A DNA stretch of 64,000 nt from Leucoraja erinacea (lineage: Eukaryota), in NCBI RefSeq assembly GCF_028641065.1, contig NC_073409.1, positions 4,340,001 through 4,404,000 of the forward strand, read 5' to 3'. Made by a program: the position numbers and the translations under genes. The notes under the pieces were generated by a model, which was not told where the DNA came from, did no database searches, and saw nothing but the letters and a program-made list of their open reading frames with translations. This document shows positions 63,611 to 64,000 of the stretch, piece by piece; the first letter of the stretch is position 1, and each line of letters begins with the position of its first letter.

Positions 63611-64000
63611 CTAGTTCTTTGGTTCAATTCTACTGCTCTTTCCCCAGAGCCCAGCAAATTCCTATTTTGAACCAAACCCAGTTATTCGTTCTCCAAATGA
63701 ATAATTCCTCACAGAATATGCGCGGCAAAGAGAAGCCACTGGTGCGTCCTTACCTGCTGCAGTGTAAATCAGCACTAAAACTTTAAAAGCTATTTTTCAT
63801 TCTCCCCAATCTCTCATTAAAATGCCCACTCCGAGCTTTTGCATGTAATCTGTAATATTTGTTCAAGTGTCCCAGAGTACAGCGAGGACGAATTTACAGG
63901 AGAAACACAAGTGCCACTTGTTATTCCCCAGTGGGGATAAAACAGAATTATTTCTTTCATATTTTTAATCTTAGAAACTAACTTACGACATCCACTGAGA

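Noticed and set aside
63754-63774. Possible 21-nt poison micro-exon (ttttag|TGCTGA...CAG|gtaagg)
   Set aside because: Strong donor but weak, purine-rich acceptor context; no supporting homology.
37173-64000. MADS-box/MEF2-domain exons of MEF2A
   Set aside because: I found no sequence encoding VTFTKRKFGLMKKAYELS or neighbouring motifs by eye or in the ORF track; they are presumed to lie beyond the window.

Overview
Vertebrate genomic DNA, almost certainly a cartilaginous fish (skate/ray-type HE1-like SINEs, CR1, Penelope-like and Rex1-like repeats). The window holds the 3' part of a MEF2A gene on the minus strand: two mutually exclusive alpha exons, four further internal exons, the 24-nt beta micro-exon, the penultimate and terminal exons, and a long repeat-poor 3' UTR. 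I did not find the MADS/MEF2-domain exons; they probably lie beyond position 64000. The gene model shows an apparent +1 frameshift in an A run, two apparent 9-nt splice-site shifts, a candidate unannotated 66-nt in-frame cassette exon and a possible gamma-like internal acceptor. The introns are dense with mobile elements, including many Penelope-derived repeats carrying minimal hammerhead-ribozyme cores (often as foldbacks), Harbinger-like and hAT-like MITEs (one three-level nest) and a Helitron-like element. Comparisons with human MEF2 proteins and repeat-family names are from recalled knowledge, not database searches. Repeat boundaries are approximate unless TIRs/TSDs are quoted.
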